The position numbers were made by a program, and so were the translations under genes. A model generated the notes under the pieces. That model was not told the DNA's origin. It saw nothing but the letters and a program-made list of their open reading frames with translations, and did no database searches. From Klebsormidium nitens (taxonomy: Eukaryota; Plantae; Klebsormidiophyceae), in contig DF237504.1 in the NCBI GenBank assembly GCA_000708835.1, positions 1 to 58,516 of the forward strand: 58,516 nucleotides of DNA. Direction: 5' to 3'. Positions 34,331 to 46,162 of this stretch are shown one piece after another (within the stretch, counting starts at the first letter, position 1; every line of letters starts with the position of its first letter).

Positions 34331-35551
34331 CTTGCGCCTTGACTTCAGATCCTGTTTGAAAGTAAGACGGAGAAGACAGAGTCAGGGCGGATTGGTGTGA
34401 ATCAAAGTTGGAAGATTGTGCGAGTGGGGCGATGAGTAGTGGTGCAGCCACGGGACTGAGCCTGAGCGCTTCAAGTGTACTGAGCGCCTTGGCTTCGATC
34501 CTCAAACTCTGACAAGGCTGCCAGCAAACTGACGTGGGAAGCATGTAGCGCAGTCAAGATGGTTTTCTGCAGCTCTTGAGTAAGAAAGACAATCTGCTCT
34601 TCAGTCTGGTTGTTTGGAACCTGGTTGTCCTCACTAATGTTGGTCCTTGGCGTCCGGACACCTAGCCTGCCTCAGTCTCCCAGATCTTACATGGCGCCAA
34701 TCCCTTGACCCTCCTCAGCCAGGACAGCTGTCTGACGAGTCAAGCAATCCATTAATCAAAATCACTGGCGCCAATAGAAGCTTGATTCACTTATCGATGC
34801 AGGAGAAGATACTGAAGGCTAAGACACATAGATCCAGCTCAACACATGCTCAAAAATCCAGGCTTGCAAGGCATTCAATGTGAAGCACTGGCAGTTGGCA
34901 TTGGCGGGTGGACACACCTTGGATCCAATAAGCGCACGAAGTCTCCAGCCACGCCCCCTTGCAGAAGACCAACTGACCTTCCGCCACAGGTACCGCGGAC
35001 CACCCCCTCAGTGCGTGGCGCCCTTCCAAGAGAATGCACCCCTTCCACGCTTCCAGATGCAGTGCTCAATTTCAATCACGACTCACATGCACTTGTAAGT
35101 TGTGACGCGAGCAACATTCCATTTGGAGGGCATTGCAGTCCTCCTTTATTCAATAGATGCGTTTACGAGGTTCTGCGCGCCTATGATCTTCAATATATTC
35201 GTGATATGACAAAACACTTAAAGGTCGATATCCCACGTCAAAATTGCGTTCACAAATGCCGAACAATTAACTGCCTACATATGCTAATATGTAGATTCGA
35301 ATATATATTAGCAGTTCAACAATTCCTCGTCCCAAGCTGCCTAAAAAGAGGCGGAACAGGCAAACAGCTAGGATAGACTAACTCCAATGGATCCCAGTTT
35401 CCACATTCTAATTGCTGGCGCAACCTGAAGTCAACAAGCAACTGTTGATGGTGCTGGGTTTTGAGCTTTTTTGAGCCACACCTGGCAAGGACCTTCACGG
35501 GCCTAAGTTTCTCTACAGCCAGGTCTGAGCTGCCAAGTTGCTATCCCCATC

Positions 35552-38500
35552 ATGGCGTGCTCTTCAATGACCACTTTCAGTACGATTGCACCCCTTTCAT
35601 ATCGCGATGTGCTTTCAAAGCAAAGTACCGGTCGGAGGAACTTTTCCCAATCAACACCACCCTTCCGCTGCTCTCCTCATTGCTCATTCAATAGCACCTC
35701 AAACCACAGGCAGGAGCGATTGCGTGCACCGCCTCTCTGCACATACATCAAGCCAATCAGCCTTCCACGGCGCACACTTGAGAAGCGCTGCGTTGTGAGG
35801 AGCCAATCGCAGTCAGAAGAGGCTTCGTCTGGCAGCTCTGTAGCAACAGATGAACAAAGTGCCAAAGCACCGGCCACCTCCCCAGTACAAGGCCTTCCGC
35901 TTCCCAAGGACCCCAAAGACGATTTGGAGGGCGAGAGCACGCCTGATGGGAAAAAGGTGATGCATCATGGCTGCATTGCTCTATGTGAAGCCACCCTCTA
36001 CTTCAATTCCTCTAAGTGTGCATGTAAAGAGGATGTTTGAACAGGACTGGCAGCCGAAGTGGTTCGTTATTCCAGAAGTGGTCGTCTTTGTTCTTCTTGT
36101 TTGTGTGAGTAACCTTTTCTCTTGAAACGACAGTCAGAGTCCAAAGTTCTACACATCTGCTCGAAAGTTTCTCGTTTCAAATGCCAGGTTGAATTGATCA
36201 CTGTGAACGCTGTCTACTTTGATGTTGAAACTTTCCTCCGTGACGGGAGCACACTCGGCTCCGAAACTTCCCAAAAGGAGGCTCAAAACACCTGGTCTAC
36301 CCAGTTTGCTTGTGCTGCAATCTGGGGAGTCCATCCTCTGCCGCCAAACTGCGGGGTTGACCGCCACCTTCAAACTTTCATCCAGATCTTGTCCGACATC
36401 CCACACCTTAGATTTAGTGAAGCCATCTACACACTATTTGCAGAGAAGGGCTCTGATCTTAAACCTTTCACTGAAGTAGCCGCCCTGCATTGAAGCATTG
36501 TATTCTCATCTGAACATTGCGAAGTTTCACAAGTGACATCTACTCAAATTCTGAGGTTTGTGTCTGAAGAAAGAGCTTGAATCTCAGGGAAGCCTGGCTG
36601 CCTTATCAAGGCGCCCGTCCCCTACTGGAGCAGTGTGCTTTCTTCTGAAATCTGTGAAGTCTTACAACTTAAAACCAACAGAAAATTCGAAAGTCTCCTG
36701 GGGGAAAAAATAAAGATCGGAGAGTCTCATTCAAGATTTGCAGATAAGCTCCGACCTCCAGAGCCCTTTGGCGGCACCCTCCGACAAGGGTAGCGGCCCC
36801 CTAATTGGAGCATGCAAACGTCTAGGGCGCTCTTGTACCTTTCATCTGGATCTTGTGAGATCTGATTTTCCCCAACCATTGAAGACCTCAGAACTCTTAA
36901 TGCATCATCTGCAGAGGAAAGGCTCCGACCCCAAGACTTTATGGTGGAGTTTTCACCAAAAGCGGCTGCCTCTTATTGGAGCACTTGGGTCTCAAATTAC
37001 CGTATGTCTTAAAAGCCTGGGGCTGATAGGAAGTATTGTCTGCAGAGAAAGGGCTCCGACCTCAAGACCCTGTGGAGGCGATTCACCAAAGTGGCCGCCC
37101 CCTACTGGAGCAGCGAGGACAAGTTCCAGGCGCGTCTGCGTCTTGGCGGCGTCTTCGTGCTCACCCTCGCGACAACCGGCATCAGCGTGCTGTTCAACTT
37201 CCTGGGACGCGACTTCTACAACGCGCTCGCAAGTGCGTCGCCTCTAGTTTCTATTGTCAGCTTGCATGTTCCGTTTTGTGCAACAAGTGCGTGTTGCTGT
37301 GCAGGTCCGTGTGGTACTGTCCAGCGCACGCCACAATTCGTTTCTTCAATGCATCTGTTGCGCACTCCAACCTGGAACTTATTTCGTTCCAGCGAGTCCG
37401 GTCATGCTGTTGCAATATCATCATCCAACCTCTGGTTTACAACGGATGTACTCTTCTCAAACAGTCAATGTTTCAGACAATCTTTTGGCAGCTTAGAGCA
37501 CACAATTTTTTCGTCATGTCACTTCTCGACCTTGAGATTTTTATATGTTTCAGACCTTGAATTGCCAAAATGAGTCTGCCACTTCAAGGTTCACAAATGT
37601 TGGCCCCAAGCTTCACTTGTACGACGCAACTGAGTTCCTCAAAATAGTTTGTCTCAAGATGCTACCTACTTAACCACCCCCGCCACTGAAAGTACTTCGA
37701 AGGTAAGTCTGTGGATATGAATCACAGCATCAACTTTTTGTCAATGTTTTCAGTGGATCGATATTTTTGTTTTTTTGCTAACAGCTTTCCCTATGCTCGC
37801 AGGCAAGGACCAGTCCCAGTTCGTGCACCAGCTCTTTGCCTACCTGGGCGCGTTTGTCGTGGGCATCCCATTCTACGTCCTGCGCGACTACTCACGGGAC
37901 CTGCTGGCCATTCGCTGGCGTACATGGATGACCGAGCAGTACATGCAGCGATACTTTTCTGACAGAACCTTCTACAACATCCAGGTAAGCAGGCTGGGAT
38001 GCTGGAGCCAGGCTGGGTTTTTATATCTCGCCTAGTCTCACGGCTTTTGTTGCACTTTGTTATTGGCACTTTGATTCCAGTGGGCCGGTCCGCTACCTCC
38101 GCCCCGCCCTAGTTCTCTGAACCGGGACGTGACCACCCTGTTGACCGCACAGTCCATTTTAACGGTAGACTACTTCGACAAGCACATTGCCTTGCGTAGT
38201 CCAACCGAATGACCGAAACTGTTGAGTCGGACTATCCGATCGATCTAAATTCCCTGCCGATCTCTTCTGTTCGCAGTCCCAGTCGCTGATCGACAACCCC
38301 GACCAGCGAATCGTCGACGACCTGGACCGCTTCACTACCTCCTCGCTCTCGTTCTCGCTCGCGCTAGTAAACGCAGCCATCGACCTCGTCTCCTTCAGCG
38401 GCATCCTGTATACCATCTACCCGCCGCTCTTTGTGGTCCTGGTCGTCTACTCTTTGGGCGGCACGGCCATTAGCGTCGCACTTGGAAAGGTAACGCTCGT

Positions 38501-41500
38501 ACCATTTTGGCCTCCGTTTCTGCATCACTCTTATGTTCGTCTATTACATGACCGTTGACCGCTTCTCCTTCAGCGGCATCCTACACACCATCTGTTCGCC
38601 GTTCTTTGTTGTTCTGGTCGTCTACTTTTAGGACGGCACGGCCATCGGCGTCGCTCTTGGAAAAATTACGTCGTTTTTCCTTCGCTTCGCCTTCACTGCT
38701 TTGCAGAGTGTGCATTCAATAGTGAATGTGGGCTCCAACCTCGTCTTTCTCCAACGGCATCCTGCATAATATCTGCCCGCCGCAAATATGGTTGTTGTGT
38801 GATCATCGGGCAGCACAGCCAACATTGCGCTTGGAAAAGTGAAGTTGTTGATTTCCTTCTTTCGCACCAATCTTGCCACCCTTCCGAGCATATTCATTGC
38901 AACGTAATCTTCTCAGCCAATGAACAATCAATCGAGACGAAGCATCTTTTCTGAATCTCCGATCAATTTTGCTCTGCTTTTTCCTTCTCGAAATGAATGA
39001 ACGGTGATTCTAGGAGTCAAAATTGCCATCAAGCGCTTATCTCGGAAGGATGCGAATCGATGACCAAAAAGGTCCGGGCTCCGCTATTATTCTGCCGACA
39101 CTTCACACGTCTTCTGAACTCTTGGGGAGATCAGCAACCAGAGCCGCATCTTTTCAAGATATACCCTCAGTCAAGAATGGGGGACTTTCGTGACCGCCGC
39201 TCCGAAGCTATTGCGAAAAGCTGTCCCTTCATATGACGATCGACTTGGCGGGTGACGAAAGTTCGTGTCTGACCCGCTTTTCCTCTGTTCGAAGCCTTTC
39301 GCTGTTTTTGACAGCAGCGCCTTCTGGTTGATGCAAACGTTTGCACCCACTTGACACCTCTCGACTGACCCTAACTTTTTCCCTCCTGGCCGCAGAACTT
39401 GGTGTCGCTCAATTGGATGCAAGAGAAGAGCGAGGCCACTTGACACCGCTCTGACTTATTTCGAATTTCTCCCCCCTGGCCGCAGAGCTTGGTGTCGCTC
39501 AATTTGATTCAAGAGAAGCGCGATGCCACTTGACACCGCTCCACTGACCTCGACTCTTTTCCGCCTGGCCGCAGAACTTGGTGTCGCTCAACTCATGCAA
39601 GGGAAGCGCGAGGCCACTTGACACCACTCGACTGACCCCAACTCTTTCCCTTCTGGACGCAGAACTTGGTGTCGCTCAACTTTATGCAAGAGAAGCGCGA
39701 GGCCGACTTCCGGTACGGCCTGGTGCGCGTGCGGGAAAACGCGGAGTCGATCGCGTTCTACGGTGGCGAGAAGAGCGAGATTGATCTGCTCGTGCAGCGG
39801 TTCCGGCAGACGTTTGAGAATTACATGGTGAGCAGCTGCTGTCTTCGAGAGTCCATCGGGTATCGTACGAAGAGAAACACTGAGCAGAATATTGTCCCGC
39901 TGCACTTTGAAGACGTCCGTTGGACGAGTCCGGCTCTTATGCCGCTTGGCTTCCGGGCGTTCTTCCTCCGTGGGATCATGATCTTACCTCCATTGTCGTT
40001 CTGGATCCGTAAGCAGCCTTCAGCAGCACCCGCTGATTGCTCGAAGCAGCCCTGTTTCCGTCGCCGCTTGCGGTTTGTTGTCGGTAATAAGTCTGTTAAA
40101 GTTTGCACTCGGTTGTTGCTTCACGTACGGATGGCTGGTTAAACAGCTGTCTCTGGAACCTTCACTTCTTGATTGCCAGATTGTCTGCGGCGTGGCGAGT
40201 AAGAGTTTAAATAGCGTGCTATCAATTGTCTCCTTGTGCATCATTTCTGCAGCTTGTGGTAGCCTGACTTTGCCAGCGATTGCCGCCTGAAGTCTTAAAT
40301 ATCTGCGCTTCAAGTTCTTGAAAGCCTTCACCATTCCTGTCAGCAGAGGTCTGTCATCGCAGGCTTCTTCCTGGCTCACGTTACCTTGCTTGAAGACCCT
40401 TGCAGTGAGCAAGGGTCACCAGTCATGTCTTGATTCCGAGACTCCCTTACAGGGGAGAAAGAGCCGTTACATCGATGCTCAGGTCTACTGCCTGTAGAGT
40501 CATGAATAGCACATTCCCTAACATTTGTCCCAAATGCTGGTCAGTCTCCTGAAATACCACGTAACTTGCAGATTGCGCATTGTTTTGCAACAACAATGCA
40601 TTTGTTCACTCCAGTTTGTTTTGACCCCATGCTCTAACCCCCTGCAGCAATTGCTGGTCACCAGCCGTAACCTCGACTTCTTCACCTCCTTCTACCGCTT
40701 CCTTATCCAACTCCTGCCCGCCGCCGTGGTCGCGCCGCTCTACTTCGCGGGCAAGATCGAGTTCGGGGTCATCAACCAGTCATTCTCGGCGTTCAACCAC
40801 ATTCTCGGCGACTTCTCGCTGATCGTTTACCAGTTCCAGTCGCTCAGCTCCTTCTCGGCGGTAGTCGACCGTCTAGGTTAGTCCATATTCCTCTGAAGCC
40901 AGCTTAATCCTTGGAAAACGCCAATTGAATATAGCTGCTGTTTCGAGTAGCCGCTGGAGCTATCGTTGGGACTTTGGTCCAGTCACCCCAGCGGTTTCAT
41001 TTGGTGGCGCGTTCATCCGATCCACATTGACGATGAGAAGCTTCGGCGACAGCTGTAGGTATCTCGAATAGTCGGGGCATGCCAAGAGCACCTTATAACG
41101 TATGTTGTTTGGGGTTGAGGAGCTTCGATGCAGAGTCGCGTCAGCACATTCTACGTTGATTCAGGGAGCAATTCGTTTCCCTTTCGCCGTGGAAAACAGT
41201 CTCCTTCCTTTTGTAGAACAGCCAAAAGTGGACTGATGTGCGAAGGAGAGTGGGAATCGAAGAGAGCCCAATGAATGGTGCGTATCATTTCTGAAACATG
41301 CCTGAACTTCGTTTGCAGGCGAGTTTGGTGACGTTCTAGACCAGCAGCTCGAGGCGTCCCCCACGGCCAATAACGGCACCGCCCCGGTAGTTCCCTCCCG
41401 CCCCCTCATCGCACTCCTCGACGCCCCCCTCCAAACCCCCTCCGAAGATTCCGGAACCCCCCTGCTTGAGATTGAGGGCCTCACCATCTACACCCCCGGT

Positions 41501-44500
41501 TACGCCCTAACCCTGATCCACGATCTTAACTTAACCGTTGCCGCCGGGGACCACTTGCTAATCATGGGCCCGAGCGGGAGCGGCAAAACTTCGCTGCTGA
41601 GGGCGATAGCGGGGCTCTGGCGAGCGGGGGAGGGGGTGATTCGACGGCACGTGATCCAAAGCTCCCCAATCGTCGGGTCCGGTCATGATGACAGAGTGAC
41701 GTCATCCAACGGCGCCAGCTCAATTGCTGAAGCGGAGAATGGTAGTTCTACAAACGGGGGGGTGAGAGCTCCGGGAACTGAGCGGCCAGCTGTTGAGATG
41801 GATGCCCCTACAGTCATCGGCGAGGACGGGAAACCGGTGTCACCGTCCGAACCAGTAACGCCTAGTATTGGCTTTGCGAGGGCGAATGACGCCCCGGGCG
41901 GAAGTTCGGACGCCCTAGACGCAAGTTCGGACGGTCTGGGTACGGATCCGGACGCCCTGGGGACAAGTTCGGACGCCTCGAAGTCGGATTCGGACGGTCT
42001 AGACGCGGACGACAGTTGGGGTTCGGTTATGTTCCTGCCGCAGAGGCCGTACATGGTGTTGGGCACACTTCGGCAGCAGTTGCTGTACCCGACGTGGAGC
42101 CAGGAACTAGACGAGGGGGAAGAGAACGTTGACCCGGAGAAAGGTGCGCAGCTGTTTGACAGATAGCCTCTTTTCCGTCCTTGCTTTTGTCGCATTTGAC
42201 CTGAGCTTTCGGAAGTTGCTAAATGAGACAACTGCTTTTGCACGGTAAACCTGTGTGGATTCAAGGCGTGGTGCATTGCTGTCCGTCTGCGCTTTGGTTG
42301 GTAATCACTCGTCGCCTGTGTCGGACCACGGGATCGCATCCACGGGCTGTCCTTAAACATGGTCCTCTTGGCATCGCGCTTGCTGTGGAATATTTTGAGT
42401 AAGTTCGCTTCCATTGCCGTTGGACCAGAAGAGCAACTCTTGTATGAGGTTCAAGCAGAACAAGTACAACATTTGCGAGTCCCTCTGACCTTCTTGAGCA
42501 TACTGGGTTGAAGCCTCCACTTCTGTGCTTGTGGTAAACTTTTCCCAGTAAGAGCTTGTGTTTCTCCAGATAGCGAGGTTCAAAACCAAGTTTAGACCCT
42601 GAATGTGAAATCCACCGCTATGCGGATCCCTGGTACTGTATACTGATACCTGTGCTTCCTCCCGTTTTACCACCAAGACTTGTTCGAAAAACTTACTTCG
42701 AAGTATTCACACCTTGCCTTTGCAGAGTTGAAGAACTGGCCCAAGCTGGGTCAGAGCGCTAACCAGGCGTTGGTTGCCAAACCGCTTTCGAGACTGACCA
42801 ACAAACCCAAACCTACGGACGAGGAGTTGGAACAAGTGCTGGAGCGCGTTCGCTTAGGGGACCTGCGCGGAAGGGCCGGCGGGCTAGACGCGTAAGTAAC
42901 GCTGTAACGTTTTCGTTTCTTCTTTCCCGGGTTTGATTGCTGTCCAACCATCACGCATGGTGTTCACGTCGTTCAGTTGAAAAGTAAAAGCAAAAAGTAA
43001 ACATTCAAAAGAAGAAAGGGGAAAGAAAAGGGGGGAAAAAGGGCGTTGTCGTATGGTGTCTCGCAACTGGGAAGACGTTTTGTTCACTCTTCAAGGGCGG
43101 GAGACGGACTAAGGTAAGTCGGAAGACGGCGAGCTTTGTATTCTCGGTGTTTGAGCATCCACAAGAAGACGGTGTTTGAGCATCTCAGGTCCTGAGACTG
43201 GAGCTACTGGAACATTTTCGGTAGTTCCTGAAGTCTGGCATATCACGCTAAGTCAATTGAACTTTCCTCTGTTAATCTAGGTAAATAAAGGCATTCACGT
43301 TTACGCTCACGTCCTCTTCCTTCCCGTACATAACTTCATGATGGTCTTCGCGGCGATTTGTTCCCACTATGACAAGGCCTCCTAGGATGCAAGATGCTCA
43401 CCGCACGTTGCTGGAAGGGTGTGTTCTTGTCGTACAAGCAGCAACGTTGCGTACTTTCCTCAGTGCTTGATTGTCGCAAGTATTCTTCAAAATATGGCGC
43501 CTCTCATCCCGCCAGACCTTTTTCGCAGGTTGCTTGAGTGGTCGAGCGCGTAGTCTTTAGGCGGAGCAGCAACGTTACCTGCATTATAAACCAACGTTGA
43601 CTGCAGTACTGATCTTGTCAATCCGCAGCAAGTAGCATGGCCACTCATCGTGCGAACTTTGCAACCCCAGGTTGCTCGAATGGTACAGCGTACATCGTCG
43701 GGCGAAGCAGCAACGTTAGCAGCAATACTAATCACGTTACCTGCATCACTGACCTAGTCAGTTTGCAGCAACTAGCATGGCCACTCATCTTGCGAACTTT
43801 GTCCCACAGGTTGCTCGAGTGGTCCAGCGTACTGTCGTTAGGCGAGCAGCAGCGGCTGGCTTTTGCGCGCGTCCTGCTTTCCAAGCCAAGCCTCGCACTC
43901 ATGGACGAGTCAACGAGCGCCTTAGACGAAGACAACGAGGTGATCCGCACGTCCGATTCCCTCGGAATCCTGCCTCCTTCCTTTCCTATTGAAAACCTGA
44001 GCGAACGCGAACGCGAACGCGAACGCTGCTCCTCTCTCCACCGCATTGTCTGTCGATTTTAAAGTTCCTTATAAGACTCTGTCTGAATACGTCTGGTTGC
44101 TGCACGGGAGATCCCAAACTTTCATATGATGGCTGCAAGTTCTGTTTCAGGCTTTACACGTGCTTCGACTTTAGTTCAGCACAATCTTTCAAGCGTTTTG
44201 ATCCGGATGTGTCATAATGATAACGACAAATTCTGGTAACGCTTGCGTTAAGCCAGCATGCGGGTACAAATACCGCTGCATTTGTCTCTTCCTGAACTCG
44301 GGGTCTAACAACAAGCAATGGCACTTGGTTGGTGCTTCACGACTGTAGGTTTGTCTTTCGGGAAAAAAGGCTGTCAAGTGTCTCGGGTGATTCCACAATT
44401 TCAGGGTGGAGCTGCAAATTTGACGAACGCAAGCGTTTTGGCGTATTGTATTATTTCTTTACCGGTTTTATCGGCTCTTGAGGATCCTTACTTCTGCAGC

Positions 44501-44830
44501 GCTTCCTCAGCATGAAACCCATGAAGTGCGACATCTGCAAATCTCAAACCCTTTGTCTAACGCACACGCCCGACCTTGCAGCAACACCTGTACAGCGAGT
44601 TGAGCAACGCCGGTGTGACATTTGTCAGCGTTGGGCACAGGCCCAGCCTTCTGAACTACCATTCAACCGTGTTGCGTATTGCGGGCGCCGAATCCGACAC
44701 CGGCAGCGGCCGGGCCTGGCAATTGAAGGATGCGGACGCAGTGAAAGCCGTTGTGAAGAGTCCGGACCTTGAAGCCTTGTCACAAGCAGAGGATCAGTTG
44801 TTGACGGTTGGGGACGGGCCACAGAACTAG
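35552..44830 (+). CDS. ABCD2: ABC transporter D family member 2-like (plastid-type half transporter), 10 exons, 916 aa
   Basis: Exons 35552-35956, 37046-37232, 37803-37984, 38277-38489, 39663-39827, 40648-40876, 41319-42143, 42726-42891, 43810-43939, 44582-44830; phases consistent. Transit-peptide-like N-terminus, EAA-like motif [24 protein letters not shown], Walker [16 protein letters not shown], signature LSLGEQQR, Walker [13 protein letters not shown]-loop SVGHR. Confidence 0.95.
36435..36985 (+). repeat. Four decayed copies of the acceptor plus 5' part of ABCD2 exon 2 in intron 1
   Basis: Copies at ~36438, 36563, 36735, 36907 resemble TGCAG|AGAAAGGGCTCCGACCTCAAG...GCCCCCTACTGGAGCA of the real exon at 37046. 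Confidence 0.85.
38566..38845 (+). repeat. Two decayed copies of the 3' half plus donor of ABCD2 exon 4
   Basis: 38566- and 38747- repeat 38391-38495 (TCCTTCAGCGGCATC...CTTGGAAAG|GTAACG); the donor is changed to ATTACG in copy 1. Confidence 0.85.
39351..39705 (+). repeat. ~89-bp tandem repeat x4 comprising branch site, pyrimidine tract, CGCAG acceptor and first ~43 nt of ABCD2 exon 5; the fourth unit is the functional junction
   Basis: Units start at ~39351, 39439, 39530, 39619 (TGACACC...CTGAC...CGCAG|AACTTGGTGTCGCTCAA...GAAGCGCGAGGCC). Confidence 0.95.
41907..42011 (+). repeat. Coding 21-bp (7-aa) repeat x5 inside the ABCD2 nucleotide-binding domain
   Basis: AGTTCGGACGCCCTAGACGCA-like units encoding [35 protein letters not shown]; bounds approximate. 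Confidence 0.8.
43490..43850 (+). repeat. Two decayed copies of the acceptor plus start of ABCD2 exon 9 upstream of the real junction
   Basis: CAG|GTTGCTTGAGTGGTCGAGCG (~43528) and CAG|GTTGCTCGAATGGTACAGCG (~43671) versus real CAG|GTTGCTCGAGTGGTCCAGCG (43810). Confidence 0.85.
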
Positions 44831-46162
44831 GCTAGTACGTGTTGATTCATGATCTGCTGATAGCTCTGTATTGTGCTACATGAGGGGGGACTGAAGCCGC
44901 ATTTCTGGCATCCTAAGTTTTGGTGACTGGATAAGCGGTGATGATAAATCATAGGAGAGGCTTTGATTGGGATTGCGCCAGCTGCCTAAATTGGACCTGA
45001 CTGCTGGTTGTAATCTGTAAGATGTACCTACTTGCCAGTTTGTGACTAAGAAGGCATGCATTCTACAGCTCCATCCCGCGCCTGGCTTCGACTTTGTGCG
45101 TCACAACCGGTCGGCCAGGCGTACCTAGCTGGTGGTTTACATGGTCAAAAAGAAAACTGGTCTGTGCAACCGGGCTGGCTCGAAGTCCAGCTTGATATGT
45201 TCGCTTAGCAAGTCTCCATGGCAAATTCGGCATGTCGAGTCGTTGCCAGGCTTCGCAGTGCGCACAGTTAGTGGGTCGCCCAGTTAGTGGGTCGCCCGCT
45301 TCCTCCCATAATATGTCCTCATGGGCTTGCATGGTCAAATTGTCATCATTGCGTGGTGGCGCGCCCGTTATGGGCCGCCGTGCTGGGTGCATGCCATGGC
45401 CAGCCCTATATCGTGACCTAGCCATGGCTCACGTGAGCCTCACTCACGGATGGTGCATGAGACAGATCGAGATGTGGGGCGCGCACATTGCAGTTCCCGA
45501 TGGATTCCAGAGTTGGCCCGCACCATAACCATATCATGTACATATGACATGGTCGCTGGGCCGTGGCAAGTATCACAAGACGGATCGATGAAGTCATGAC
45601 CCACGCGCGTCCATGCCATGCCATGAGGGGGGCCGCGCCCTCTTGCTGAGCCATTCGGTAGGCTGTCTAATTGAAAGGTCCAATAATGGAGACGGTCTGC
45701 GCGTCTGGCGGCAAACATACTAAATTGAACCAAGACTCGGCCAGTATCATTGATGCAACCATATCGGTGCTGGCGAGGAGAGACGGTTTCAACAGACAAG
45801 TGCTTGTGCGCAAATTGAACATACACTCCCAACTCCAGGCACACGTGCAAGATGTAATTGCGCATCTGAACTGCGCTCCAAAGCCTAAACGATTCAATGC
45901 AGAGGACCACCCCCAGCGACATTGATCAAATGAGCGAGAGAGGACTGTAGGACATCATGCTCGAGCCCTTCGGAATGTCATTGCTCAACAGTATCAGCTT
46001 GCAAAGGCACGCTTGCAGACACCGCGTACATGCCGCCTTCGTTTCGTCGAACACCCCGTAACCATTTTGTTGCAAAACGCCAGGCTCGGCCTTCCCTTAA
46101 CGGTCAACCTAGCTTCACCTGTACCTTGCAAGAATCGGCAACCCCCGCTTATATGTACCTTT

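Noticed and set aside
39351-39705. CRISPR-like array
   Set aside because: Units are wholly repeated with no unique spacers, correspond to a spliceosomal intron-exon junction, and no cas genes are present. The 150-bp and 230-bp arrays also lack repeat-spacer structure.
44003-44026. (GAACGC)4 microsatellite giving an ERERER ORF extension
   Set aside because: Lies in ABCD2 intron 9 after the donor at 43940; not coding.
45440-45922. Copia integrase or Tc1 transposase fragment
   Set aside because: Only vague resemblance (AVQMRNYIL...RYGC; LPWRLAKR); catalytic motifs not identifiable.
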